Under the pieces are notes generated by a model. The model made no database searches. It saw only the letters and a list, made by a program, of their open reading frames with translations, and was not told the DNA's origin. A stretch of 64,000 nt of DNA from a virus: the IMG/VR virus record IMGVR_UViG_3300050343_000285, positions 32,001-96,000 of that record. The stretch is one strand, 5' to 3'. The first letter of the stretch is position 1. Every line of letters begins with the position of its first letter. Position numbers and translations under genes: made by a program. Positions 63,830 through 64,000 of the stretch are shown piece after piece.

Positions 63830-64000
63830 CTGTTTCCTCCGAACAAATAGTAGGACTTAAATAAGGGAACATCTGATCCGCTACTTCTACGGCTTTGTTA
63901 CACCCACTACGCTCTGCTAAATCTCTTGTCTGCTTCCAAGATACAACCAAATCAAAAAATAGTTTTTGTTTATCTTCTGGTACAGTTTTAGCTACTTCAT
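63822..64000 (-). CDS. Partial CDS (start outside window)
   Basis: Open frame EVAKTVPEDKQKLFFDLVVSWKQTRDLAERSGCNKAVEVADQMFPYLSPTICSEETDV* overlapping the next start. Confidence 0.55.
   Translation of the reverse strand, partial: EVAKTVPEDKQKLFFDLVVSWKQTRDLAERSGCNKAVEVADQMFPYLSPTICSEETDV

Noticed and set aside
1-64000. Alternative genetic code (stop-codon reassignment)
   Set aside because: Long ORFs are intact in code 11, and TAA, TAG and TGA all end genes, with ATGA/TAATG coupling.

Overview
This window is part of a large, AT-rich tailed dsDNA phage genome (Caudoviricetes). No tail sheath gene is recognisable, so it is probably siphovirus-like. There are two convergent blocks. The + strand (1-32692) carries virion morphogenesis: 5'-truncated portal, prohead protease/scaffold, decoration protein, major capsid, neck proteins, two paralogous tail-tube proteins, two paralogous chaperone-like proteins, a ~12.9 kb tape-measure locus (three ORFs, probably one ~4290-aa protein), tail-tip proteins, an SprB-repeat protein and a carbohydrate sulfotransferase. 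The - strand (32733-64000) carries replication and nucleotide genes: SSB, a split DnaE with DnaQ between the halves, Cas4-like nuclease, dNMP kinase, primase, DnaB, RecA, HNH, PhoH, class II RNR and dCMP deaminase. It also has two glycan-modification clusters (GT4s; gmd, fcl, GT-like and RgpF-like proteins) and a membrane-protein/papain-like peptidase cassette. Several essential genes (dnaE-N, nrdJ, phoH, probably the TMP) carry scattered small indels, several in homopolymer or dinucleotide runs, which I read as sequencing or assembly errors. I saw no tRNA, rRNA, CRISPR array, integrase or reverse transcriptase. The strongest leads are: (1) a giant modular TMP in which repeated [FY]xxGG...DTVPAMLTPGE units flank toxin-like cargo, including an HExxH metallopeptidase; (2) an intein-less DnaE split at the palm/fingers boundary; (3) duplicated tube and chaperone genes; (4) a possible fucosylation/sulfation system. 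All product calls come from motif recognition, not database searches.
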